A stretch of DNA of 64,000 nucleotides from Lytechinus pictus (Eukaryota). Position numbers and translations under genes: made by a program. This document shows positions 38,251 through 49,900 of the stretch, one piece after another. The stretch is taken from the NCBI RefSeq assembly GCF_037042905.1, contig NC_087245.1, positions 27,654,001 through 27,718,000 of the forward strand, given 5' to 3'. The notes under the pieces were generated by a model. It searched no databases, had not been told where the DNA came from, and saw only the letters and a list, made by a program, of their open reading frames with translations. Every line of letters begins with the position of its first letter. The first letter of the stretch is position 1.

Positions 38251-38630
38251 ATATTGAAAAAAAAAAACAGGATTAATTTACTGCGTTGATTAGTGTGAAA
38301 ATGTTATTGCTAAAATTTCATTTGGACCAAGTGGAATATGAAGTGCATGTGGTCATGATTTCATTTTTTTTGTTTCATATAATTGAATAATTATGAATTT
38401 ATTAAATAAGATGGAAAGTAGGGACCCGACATCATCGACACACCTTATGCATATCAATCGTGTTAATACATGTAGCTCCATGAATATATTTTCTCCCAAA
38501 TATTGCTAATCTTTTTAATTTAATAACTTTGTTGTTGTTATCAGATATTGTTGAAATTATAGCGTTTTTCTTCTTGATTGATTTTACTTTATTTATTATT
38601 TTATCTTCAGCCCGAAAGAGACCCCTTTAA
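38073..38630. mobile_element. Degenerate Kolobok-like element inserted in a hairpin-motif copy (related remnant at ~35140-35437)
   Basis: gggtattccaggttgaaatt... left end and cttcagcccgaaagagacccct|ttaa right end. Shares internal sequence (tttcatcaaaat, aaaatattgct, atcagat.ttg.tgaaatt) with 35140-35437. Confidence 0.55.
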
Positions 38631-40514
38631 CCTAGCTGTAGGCGAACAGGGGCCCGTTTCATAAAGAATTGTTGTAACTTTGCCCTTATGACAATTAACT
38701 ACCATGTTAACAGGGCTCAGCGGTCAATCAAAATCAAAACTTCCATCACGGTTGCCATAATGGCAATGTTACCATACTTGTAAAACTCTTTATGATCGTA
38801 ATTAGTGAAATAATTGTCAAAGTATTTATAAGGATGTAATAAACATCTGTCTGCAAGATGGTGACATGTAAAAGATCTGCCTACTGGGCTAGCCCTTTAA
38901 GTTGTAGGAGAATAAATCGCCCAATCCGATGTTTGTTTTAATTTAATTATTCTGTCTGTGAGATTATGTCCAGCAAGCATGTTGGCATGGTTTTGGGAAT
39001 ATTAATTGTGTGTATTGTGGTGGAGAGTCAGTGCACATAGATTTGCTTTAGTTATTCACAAATTCTCCCTTATGATCATGATGCCATTAGTAGTAAAAGA
39101 AATCTTGCCCGAGCAGTGGGGACAAGAGAGCAATATATTGAGCTGATTTTTTTTTTGGGCGGTGGCACCCCACATCGAGGGTTATGTATAGTATACGGAG
39201 TACATAGAAATGCCCATAATTATCATCTATCGCATTTGGTCGTGACAGTAAAGACCTGCATTTTATGGCTGTTTTAATGGTTTTAATTTTAAACTGTGGT
39301 TGCAATCATGGGCTGAACGTGCACATTAGAGCGAGCGAGGCGAGCTAGTAAATTAGTTGGAAGACTGAATGGTGTCCAAACCGTGTTGCTTTTTCTTAAC
39401 CCCCCCCCCCAAAAAAAAAAAAAAAAAATCAACAGTCGCAAATATATTCCATGAAAACTAAATTTCTTGGGTTGATACAGGAGATATGATAATGCAAGAT
39501 GTTATCATACTCTAGGAATCAGACCACAATAAATAAACTCCCTGAAATGAATAAAATAGCTCATTGATGCAAATGAAATGGAAAATATTGCTGAAAGGGA
39601 TGAGTTTGAACAGTCATTATGATTATATTCACAGATGGCGCACTATTCAAAATTGTAAACAAAAGTTCCTTCATCACATTTTCAATACTTATTTTTAGGT
39701 GTCTTGCTAATATACACGTTAATTTAAGTCTCATTTTAATAAAATTGGCAAATCATAAAGTTATGAGGTATAATATTGTTCCTGTCTTTTAGTAATTTGA
39801 TCAACGTCAACAGTCAGTGGCATAATATGTCAAGCATTTTGAGGGGGCCAGAAATGCATGGTGTATGGGGCAACATTTCAAGAATTATTCAGATACTAAT
39901 ATCATATTTCATCCCCCTCCATTTTTATTGGTTGTTAGAATTTCGGGGGTCTGTGTCCCTGGACCCGGCCCCATCTGTAAGTAAGGATCATTTTTATTCA
40001 ATTGTATATTTTCACTTGAGGATTCCTCAATAGGGCCTATATAGTTTAATTCTTATTGTCTTTTCGAGTTTCAAGATTAACTGTATATATCAGGAGTATC
40101 CCAACGGTGGGAGCCCTCTGTACGTCTACACCGGATGGACAGGACGATGTCTGGAATGTGTCACAAGGGACAGGATCCGGCAACCTGTAAATACCTTAGT
40201 CTTAATTTTCATAATGACATTAATAAGAAGAAAACACGAAAAATATACTTTGAAAAAGGGGGAGAGAGTAAATCGGATTTCGAGCGCCGGCGGCCACATC
40301 GAGGAAAAGGAAAGGAAAGAAGGAGACAGCATAAACCAGCAATGAAACTGGACATTTTTTTAATAGGACATTGTCATTAATGATAAATTAGCCTTAATTG
40401 GTTTGACATGATCAGGTTAATATTTAGATGCATATTTATCTTTTTCTTGATTAAATAATAGTATACCCACAGTTTGACCATAAGCCTATTTTGCATGAAG
40501 CTGACCTCAACTTC

Positions 40515-40552
40515 ATTGGACCAATCGAATTCACCTTCTCGTTTCAGCCAAT
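40515..40552 (+). promoter_or_regulatory. Putative CCAAT-box cluster of the UBR5 promoter
   Basis: ATTGG (40515), CCAAT (40521) and AGCCAAT (40546-40552), ~150-190 bp upstream of the UBR5 start codon. No TATA box evident. Confidence 0.45.
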
Positions 40553-40701
40553 GAATGTCGCCGTTTTATCGATGATCGAGCGCAGATTATGGTTAAATGG
40601 CAGAGAAAGAATAATTACGAAATGCGGATACGCCATTGATACTTCATGTTTAATCCATAAATGTATCATTTTGGTGACTTTAAATGTCTCGAAACTCGAA
40701 G

Positions 40702-40763
40702 ATGACTACTGTTCACTTTGTTGTCCATCCATTACCTGGCACAGAAGACCAACTGAATGACAG
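40702..40763 (+). CDS. UBR5: E3 ubiquitin-protein ligase UBR5 (EDD/hyd), coding exon 1
   Basis: Encodes [20 protein letters not shown](R), near-identical to the human UBR5 N-terminus [21 protein letters not shown]. Donor CAG|GTAAGA, phase 2. Confidence 0.93.
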
Positions 40764-41015
40764 GTAAGACTGTTTTTATGCAGTTTGTTGTGCCATGTAC
40801 ATGTAAGACACGATGTAAAATTGGTTCCTTAATGTAGTCCCATGTGTATTGATCTGCGTGATGTCTGCATCTACTGAAAGCGATTCTAATGTCATGATTA
40901 GGCCTACGTTAGACTTGGACGTTAGTGCTTTGTTTGGCTTGGGAATGAGAGGTGGGGGGGGGGGGTCTAAATGTTTATAATCTTGTTTGTTCTGCGATTT
41001 GACTGTTATCTTGAC

Positions 41016-43766
41016 TAAGCCTGAGTCATATCGATTATTTTGAAAACCGGTGTTCGACGGCTTTAATTTGATCGAACATCGATGCATCGAATTGTGAAGG
41101 CGGGGAAAATCAAGTCAATTTTATTTTGCTCCAGCACGGCCGTTGCGTCGATGCGCTATGCATGCACTGCACTAGCACTTATCCGGCCGGTATGCGCTGG
41201 CCAGATGAGCGTTGCACAAGCAGATGGATGGAGCAAAGTTTGTTTGTATTTTCCATGATCACAAAACACAAAAAAGGCCTGTGACCAAAGCAGAATTCTT
41301 CCCAAATTATCTTCAACATTGATATTTGCAGATGACAACATCATACATGTAGGTTTAAAATGAAACAATATTAAAGACATGAATCATGCAGAGTCAATCC
41401 GAATGATTTTCGGTAAACTAAATCAATGTACCATTCGCAGTCCAGACTCGCACACACTCAGCCGCCCCGTCCGCAGCCCCGTACTGTACACTCTTCCGAA
41501 ACGACAGGCGTGCTTGCCAGCCAGCAAAAAAGAGCAACCAGCGGAGAGCACTGTAACTTGCCTGAGAAAATGAGCTCAAAATTGATGGGAATGAATATAA
41601 TAGTTAATACGTAATTTTCTCTGGATGGTCATTTGAATTGGTATTCAATGCTGATATAACGATTGTGATGAAAGATTGTGGAATATGAGTTATATGACGG
41701 TGTTCGAGAATTAATCCTGATAGTGATATGATAATCCATTTTTAATTTCAGACGCAAGAGCATGCGATCGAAATAAATATGAATGTCTCGGATCGAGCTC
41801 TGAATTCATATAAATTATTATTGGATGTTAAATAATTACGATTTAATAAGATTTTATGGCCATGATAAAAATATTGACGATGTCAGCAAAGTATGTTCAT
41901 ATGGAAGTATTGAAACTGTCATTTTTGTCTCACCTGCATAGTAGAGTGAGACTATAGGCGCCGCTTTTCCGACGGCGACGGCGGCGGCGGCGGCGGCGTC
42001 AACACCAAATCTTAACCTGAGGTTAAGTTTTTGAAATGACAGCATAACTTAGAAAGTATATGGACCTAGTTCATGAAACTTGGCCATAAGGTTAATCAAG
42101 TATTACTGAACATCCTGCCTGAGTTTCATGTCACATGACCAAGGTCAAAGGTCATTTAGGGTCAATGAACTTAGACCATGTTGGGGGAATCAACATCAAA
42201 ATCTTAACCTAAGGTTAAGTTTTTGAAATGTCATCATAACTTAGAAAATATATGGACCTAGTTCATGAAACTTATACATAAGGTTAATCAAGTATCACTG
42301 AACATCCTGCATGAGTTTCACATCACATGACCAAGGTCAAAGGTCATTTAGGGTCAATGAACTTTGGCCGAATTGGGGGTATCTGTTGAATTACCATCAT
42401 AACTTTGAAAGTTTATGGATCTGATTCATGAAACTTGGACATAATAGTAATCAAGTATTACTGAACATCCTGTGCAAGTTTCAGGTCACATGATCAAGGT
42501 CAAAGGTCATTTAGGGTCAATGAACTTTGGCCAAATTGGGGTATTTGTTGAATTACAGCCATAAATTTGAAAGTGTGTTGGTCTAGTTCATAAAACTTGG
42601 ACATAATAGTAATCAAGTATCACTGAACATCCTGTGCGAGTTTCAGGTCACATGATCAAGGTCAAAGGTCATGTAAGGTCAAAGAACTTTGGCCACGTTG
42701 GGGGTATTTGTTGAATTGCCATCATATCTCTATAAGTGTATTGGTCTAGTTCATAAAACGTGGAAATAAGAGTAACCAAGTATCACTGAACATCTTGTGC
42801 GAGTTATAGTAGTTTTCAAAATCAGCACTGCTGCTATATTGAATCGCGTGATGCAGGTGAGACGGCCAGAGGCATTCCACTTGTTAAAAATTTCTATTCC
42901 ATCAAGACGTCTCCGAGAAAAGAAGCACATGCGCGTTCGATGACGTATGACATATTTTCCATTCATGAAATCAGAGCCCAAAGTTGGGCACAAACTAGCT
43001 TCAAATTGATGGGGAAAATATCAAACGCAATTCTCTCTGTTTTGTCATGTAAAATGTCATTAAATGGTGATATTACGATCTTGAAAAGAGTTTCTGCATG
43101 TTGACAATGTTCGAGAATCAATCCTGACGTGATAATTTTTTTTTTTTAGACAAGTGCACTAGCTCACTCAAGTCGATCGTCATGTGATGTCTGTCATTGA
43201 AAATTGAAACGAAATACAAACGTTTCACATCAAGCTCTAAATGCATACTAATGATTACCATATGCAAATTATTGTTAAATATTACGATTAAATAATATTC
43301 CATGGTCATGATATTAATATTGTTCATGAATGCAAGGTTTATTTTATGTTGATCGCGTCAATTTTCTGGTTTGATTAAAGCACAGTACTGCGCATGCACG
43401 ATCGATGGCGATGACTTCCATTCATGAATTCATCGTGCATAAATTATCTCGGCACGAGCAGACGAGTAAGACTCGAACTATAATAAAAATCATCGAAATA
43501 AACTTCAAATTAATGGTGAATAGGCATCATAATTGCACAATCGGTTTCATTTTGGGGGAATATAAATCAAGTATTAGCTCAAGTTGGACATTACTGTATA
43601 TTTTGATGATTGTGTGTATTGTGTGAACCAAACGAATCGGCCGGCCGACCAATTTTGTCTTTTTTTTTTTTTCTTTTTTTTCGATGCACCGATTTGGCAA
43701 AATCTGCACCGGCGCTCAATGACATCGATCGAACACCGATTTTAAAATCGATTCGACTCGGGCTTA
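41016..43766. mobile_element. hAT-like non-autonomous DNA transposon (2751 bp including a nested insert)
   Basis: TIRs TAAGCCTGAGTCATATCGATT / AATCGATTCGACTCGGGCTTA. Exact 8-bp TSD ATCTTGAC at 41008-41015 and 43767-43774. Confidence 0.85.
41922..42885 (+). mobile_element. Helentron-associated interspersed element (HINE/DINE-1-like) nested in the hAT element
   Basis: Subterminal inverted repeat GTCTCACCTGCAT (41927-41939) / ATGCAGGTGAGAC (42851-42863). T-rich 5' end, (GCG)n microsatellite, ~162-192-bp central tandem repeats, short 3' stem then CTTGTT. Confidence 0.82.
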
Positions 43767-45059
43767 ATCTTGACATTAAGATCAAATTCTTTAAGACTTG
43801 TTCAGTCAGACAGTTTCACTGGCCCCATCCAAGGGTTCATTACATGCCGCCGCGCACAGAAAAATCAAGCCATTGAAGTCGTGTGTTGTGGACACCAGAA
43901 GTGGGATCCCAGCACGCGCGACCCACTAGTTAGAAGTCCACTGCCAAACGCAGTTCATGGTGCGAGGTTAGTATACTAACTAACCTCGCAATACGTGTGA
44001 GTGCACTGGCCCGGCAGGAGGGGCCAACAGCGACATGACGTGCCGAGAATCGACTGCCCAAACACCAGCATTCAGCAGTATAGGCACATGCAATCACCAC
44101 AACACACACAAAAATTCAACAAAGCACTAGAATAAAGTGCCCAAGTATTGGGAAAAATACAATCATTGAATCAAACAAAAATGATTTGTATTTCTGTGTG
44201 GTACAATACAAATGTTGAATTCTTTTCATGTCATAAAAAAAATAGAATTGAAAAAAATATGGTAAATGGAAATTATTTACTTATTACCAGAAGCTTGTTT
44301 TTTGGCCAAATAAAGGTGTGTGCCGCGATCAATTTTGGCGATTTAAATCCGGCTCTAAACCTCAAAATAATTGCTTGATTGTTGAGAAAACTTATTTTAG
44401 CTGCACAAATGTCGATTTTGATCTTACTCTCAATAATTTTGATATAGAAATTGGTAAGTAATAATTATTTACTAACCAAATGGACCTCTTTCGGCTCTAA
44501 ACATTGAACGTCTTCGCTCAGCTGCTTGCGACTTCGTTCTGACAAAGAAATTGATGTTATTGGGTCTGTCTTGATAATCGCGATGTGCCTTGAGGTAAAA
44601 AAAATTAAAATGATTTTGCTTCCGGCTCGGATAGCGTTTTATCAACTTAGGGAAAGTCCTCTTTTTTGTTAGGTTTTAAATAGAGGGAAAAAAAATCAAA
44701 ATCAAACATGCTTTAAAATAAATGTACATATGTAAAATAAAGAAAAAAGCTATAACATCTTATAATTATATGTACACTTGATTTTACTAAATAATTTGTA
44801 TGCATATCCTGGTCGGTATGAATGTAGATGAGGAAACCGTTGACATTACCCATTAGGCCTGGGACGAATACCCTTTTTGCCATTCGATTGTTCGCCAGAG
44901 TAAACAATCGATTAGTTCGATTAATCGAGATTCCTGGAATATCAGAAATCACACACACAAAAGTTGACCTACTTCCATGACCTACCGGTAGCTGCGCTAA
45001 CTGGTATGATGGGAGTGGAACTTGGAATAAATGCATTGTATGTGCATACAAGGAACATG

Positions 45060-46060
45060 TACTTGCTCTGTTTTGTCATTTATCCCGCCCTCACTGCACA
45101 CAATGAACGAATAGCAAAGGAGATTGAGAACTGTGCGTGACCGCTATATGGTGCATGGATGTGTTGTATGTAATAGCTATGCTTGCACTTGCTCTGGTAT
45201 GTCATAAATCCCGCCCATGAGTGCACACAATGGACGAATAACAAGGAGTTTGAGAACTATGTGCTTGACCTCTAGAATGCATGGATGTGTTGTATGTATG
45301 TATTGCGTATGTTAGTACTTGCGCTGATCAATATGAACATACATGTAGGTCCCGCCCATGAGCCCATTCCAAGAACGAATAGCAAAGGAGATTGAGAACT
45401 GTGCGTGACTGTGAATGGACGTGTTGTATGTATTGCGCTGATGCGAACGTAGATCCCGCCCACAAGCCCATTCAAAGAACAAATAGCGAAGGAGATTGAG
45501 AACTGCGCGTGACTGGGAATGGATGTGTTGTATGTCTTACGTATGTTAGTACTTGCGCTGATGAGAACGTAGATCCCGCCCATGAGCCCAACTCAAAGAA
45601 CGAATAGCAAAGGAGATTGAGAACTGCTCGTGACTGGGAATGGATGTGTTGTATGTCTTACGTATGTTAGTACTTGTGCTGGTGCGAACGTAGATCCCGC
45701 CCACGGTCCCACTCAAAGAACGAATAGCAAAGGATATTGAGAACTGCGCGTGACTGATTAATGGATGTGTTGTATGTATACTATTACGTATGTTAGACTT
45801 GCGCTGATACGAACTTAGATCCCGCCTACAAGCCCACTCAAAGGACGAATAGCAAAGGAGATTGAGAACTGCACGTGTCTGGGAATAGATGTCGTGTGCA
45901 TGTACATGTATCGTATTGCGTACGTAATCTACATAATAATTATGTTCATGATTGCGCTAACTTTTATCATAAATCCCACCCATAAGCCCAATCAAAGAAC
46001 CAATAGGAAAGGAAAATGAGAAATATGCCCGTGCCTGGAAATGGATGTGCTGTGTATTCA
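45060..46060. repeat. ~120-bp tandem repeat, about 8 copies
   Basis: gaacgaatagcaaaggagattgagaactg...gatcccgccca recurs near 45105, 45233, 45373, 45477, 45598, 45718, 45843 and 45996. Confidence 0.92.
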
Positions 46061-46944
46061 ACGTTCTCGCTACCACGCGTCACGGTTGGCGGGCGCCGCC
46101 AAGCCTGAAAATTTTCAGGGCAAATCCGCCAACTCTGAACTTCCCCGACAACCGTGGCCGACAACTGTAAAACAGGCCTAGATCTACACATAAACTGAAT
46201 AATATCTAAAAAAAATAATCTGCTTTTCAGATCCTAAAATAAACTTGTCGATTATTTCGATTTCTTCCCGGGATTTCTTTGACTCACTCACTACTACTAG
46301 TGCGCTATATATACGATACGACCTCGACTCGAGGCCCAATCTCTTTAGTGGGAAGCGCGAAGATGTTTACCTCGCATTTGCGTATCGCATTGCTCACATT
46401 ATTTACGTCTTTAAAATGGTAGTAAATACGCTCAAAAACAAGTGAGGGGAGAGGGGTATCGTGGGTTACTGGCTTGGGCAATGTAATTTAGGCGAGGCGT
46501 CAAAACCCCAAATGCGTTCCAACGCGTGCATAGCCATTGTTCCATAATGAGAGTGTGCAAAGGAGTTCCAAGAGATTAGTACGAAGTACCGTTATATTCT
46601 ACATTAAAGCTAATTTGCATAATCCGTACACGCTGGGGAACGGGGCAATTATTATCTCGATCGCTATTGGCTAATCCGCCGGAGCGTCGCACGAGAATAC
46701 ACTGAATAGTGCAGGTTCACATACACACACACACACACAGCGCGCCAGCGTACACTTCACATAAAATGAGGTCAGTGTTCGGCGTGCACGTCGGATCAAC
46801 ATTTGCAGCGAATGCAGCGCGTGAGGTGCGGGCGGATCTACGAGAGGGGGAATAGGGGTTGCCTGGGGCTAGCTTCCTGTACAAAGTACCAATTAAAAAA
46901 AAAAATCCGTGTTTACGAGAGTCGCGCAAGCAAAACGGTGGCGG

Positions 46945-49900
46945 ATTAGGACATGCTTTTAAATTGTTTTGAGGGGCGAACGAGTGAAAATATATTTTGT
47001 ATACCTTTCGTTATGAACTCCCGTTCTCCATGACGAAATATAATTGACGAAAGGAAAGTAAAACAGAAAAGAAGTCACAAACATCTCAGAATAGTTTGCG
47101 ATCTATCAGGACATGTTTTAAAATTGATTTTAGGTGTCAACAAGTTAAAATATATTTGATATACCTTTCGTTGTGATCCCTTGTTCTCCGTTAAGAAATA
47201 TTAAATACGTCTTTTCTCGACGATGTTGGAAACGTAAATAAAACAGAATAGAAGTCACAAACATCTCAGATGGGTGTGCGATCTATCACAACATGTTTTA
47301 AAGCTGTTTTTAGGGGTCAACAAGTTAAAATAGATTTGATATACCTTCCGTTATTATCCCCTGTTCTCCGTAAAGAAATATTAAAGATGCATTTTCTCGA
47401 CAAAGTTGGAAACGTCGATAAAACAAAATAGAAGTTGGTAGCATCTCATATTTATTGGTGATACATATTTTTCGAGGGGTCAACAAGTTAAAATATATTT
47501 GATATACCTTTCGTTTTGATCCCTTGTTGTCCGTTAAAAATATTAAATACGTCTTTTCTCGACGATGTTGGAAACGTAAATAAAACAGAATAGAAGTCAC
47601 AAACATCTCAGATGGGTGTGCGATCTATCAGGACATGTTTTAAAATTGTTTTTAGGTGTCAACAAGTTAAATTATATTTGATATACCTTTCGTTGTGATC
47701 CCTTGTTCTCCGTTAAGAAATATTAAATACGTCTTTTCTCGACGATGTTGGAAACGTAGATAAAACAAAATAGAAGTCACAAACATCTCAGATGGGTGTG
47801 CGATCTATCAGGACATGTTTTAAAATTGTTTTTAGGTGTCAACAAGTTAAAATAGATTTGATATACCTTTCGTTATGATCCCTTGTTCTCCGTTAAGAAA
47901 TATTAAATACGTCTTTTCTCGACGATGTTGGAAACGTAAATAAAACAGAATAGAAGTCACAAACATCTCAAATTGGTGTGCGATCTATCAGGACATGTTT
48001 TAAAATTGTTTTTAGGTGTCAACAAGTTAAATTATATTTGATATACCTTTCGTTGTGATCCCTTGTTCTCCGTTAAGAGATATTAAATGCGTCTTTTCTC
48101 GACGATGTTGGAAACGTAGATAAAACAAAATAGAAGTCACAAACATCTCAGATGGGTGTGCGATCTATCAGGACATGTTTTAAAATTGTTTTTAGATGTC
48201 AACAAGTTAAAATAGATTTGATATACCGTTCGTTATAATCCCTTGTTCTCCGTTAAGAAATAATAAATACGTCTTTTCTCGACGATGTTGGAAACGTAAA
48301 TAAAACAGAATAGAAGTCACAAACATCTCAAATGGGTGTGCGATCTATCAGGACATGTTTTAAAATTGTTTTTAGGGGTCAACAAGTTAAAATAGAGTTG
48401 ATATACCTTTCGTTATGATCCCCTGTTATCCGTTAAGAAATATTAAAGATGCATTTTCTCGACAAAGTTGGAAACGTAGATAAAACAAAATAAAAGTCAC
48501 AAACATCTCAGATGGGTGTGCGATCTATCAGGGCATGTTTTAAAATTGTTTTTAGGTGTCAACAAGTTAAATTATATTTGATATACCTTTCGTTGTGATC
48601 CCTTGTTCTCCGTTAAGAGATATTAAATGCGTCTTTTCTCGACGATGTTGGAAACGTAGATAAAACAAAATAGAAGTCACAAATATCTCAGATGGGTGTG
48701 CGATCTATCAGGACATGTTTTAAAATTGTTTTTAGGGGTCAACAAGTTAAAATAGAGTTGATATACCTTTCGTTATGATCCCCTGTTATCCGTTAAGAAA
48801 TATTAAAGATGCATTTTCTCGACAAAGTTGGAAACGTAGATAAAACAAAATAAAAGTCACAAACATCTCAGATGGGTGTGCGATCTATCAGGGCATGTTT
48901 TAAAATTGTTTTTAGGTGTCAACAAGTTAAATTATATTTGATATACCTTTCGTTGTGATCCCTTGTTCTCCGTTAAGAGATATTAAATGCGTCTTTTCTC
49001 GACGATGTTGGAAACGTAGATAAAACAAAATAGAAGTCACAAACATCTCAAATTGGTGTGCGATCTATCAGGACATGTTTTAAAATTGTTTTTAGGTGTC
49101 AACAAGTTAAATTATATTTGATATACCTTTCGTTGTGATCCCTTGTTCTCCGTTAAGAGATATTAAATGCGTCTTTTCTCGACGATGTTGGAAACGTAGA
49201 TAAAACAAAATAGAAGTCACAAACATCTCAGATGGGTGTGCGATCTATCAGGACATGTTTTAAAATTGTTTTTAGGTGTCAACAAGTTAAATTATATTTG
49301 ATATACCTTTCGTTGTGATCCCTTGTTCTCCGTTAAGAGATATTAAATGCGTCTTTTCTCGACGATGTTGGAAACGTAGATAAAACAAAATAGAAGTCAC
49401 AAACATCTCAGATGGGTGTGCGATCTATCAGGACATGTTTTAAAATTGTTTTTAGGGGTCAACAAGTTAAAATAGAGTTGATATACCTTTCGTTATGATC
49501 CCCTGTTATCCGTTAAGAAATATTAAAGATGCATTTTCTCGACAAAGTTGGAAACGTAGATAAAACAAAATAAAAGTCACAAACATCTCAGATGGGTGTG
49601 CGATCTATCAGGACATGTTTTAAAATTGTTTTTAGGTGTCAACAAGTTAAATTATATTTGATATACCTTTCGTTGTGATCCCTTGTTCTCCGTTAAGAGA
49701 TATTAAATGCGTCTTTTCTTGACGATGTTGGAAACGTAAATAAAACAGAATAGAAGTAAAAAACATCTCAGATGGGTGTGCGATCTATCAGGACATGTTT
49801 TAAAATTGTTTTTAGGGGTCAACAAGTTAAAATAGAGTTGATATACCTTTCGTTATGATCCCCTGTTATCCGTTAAGAAATATTAAAGATGCATTTTCTC

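Larger units (their letters stand above)
35493..38975 (+). repeat. Degenerate tandem array (~11-12 copies, AT-rich spacers) of an ~85-nt hairpin motif, interrupted by a LINE and MITEs
   Basis: Consensus ~TCTGTCTGGGAGATGGTKTCCTGTGAATGATGAGCCTACTGGGCYAGCCCCTTAAACTGTAGGAGAACGGAACGCCCAGTCAGA. Copies start near 35493, 35649, 35804, 35931 (split), 37133, 37255, 37385, 37532, 37663 (split), 38033 (split), 38846 and 38951 (partial). Confidence 0.85.

Noticed and set aside
39628..39645. CTCF-like CAGATGGCGC site
   Set aside because: Only the 3' half of the consensus matches, and a single short motif is not supportable.
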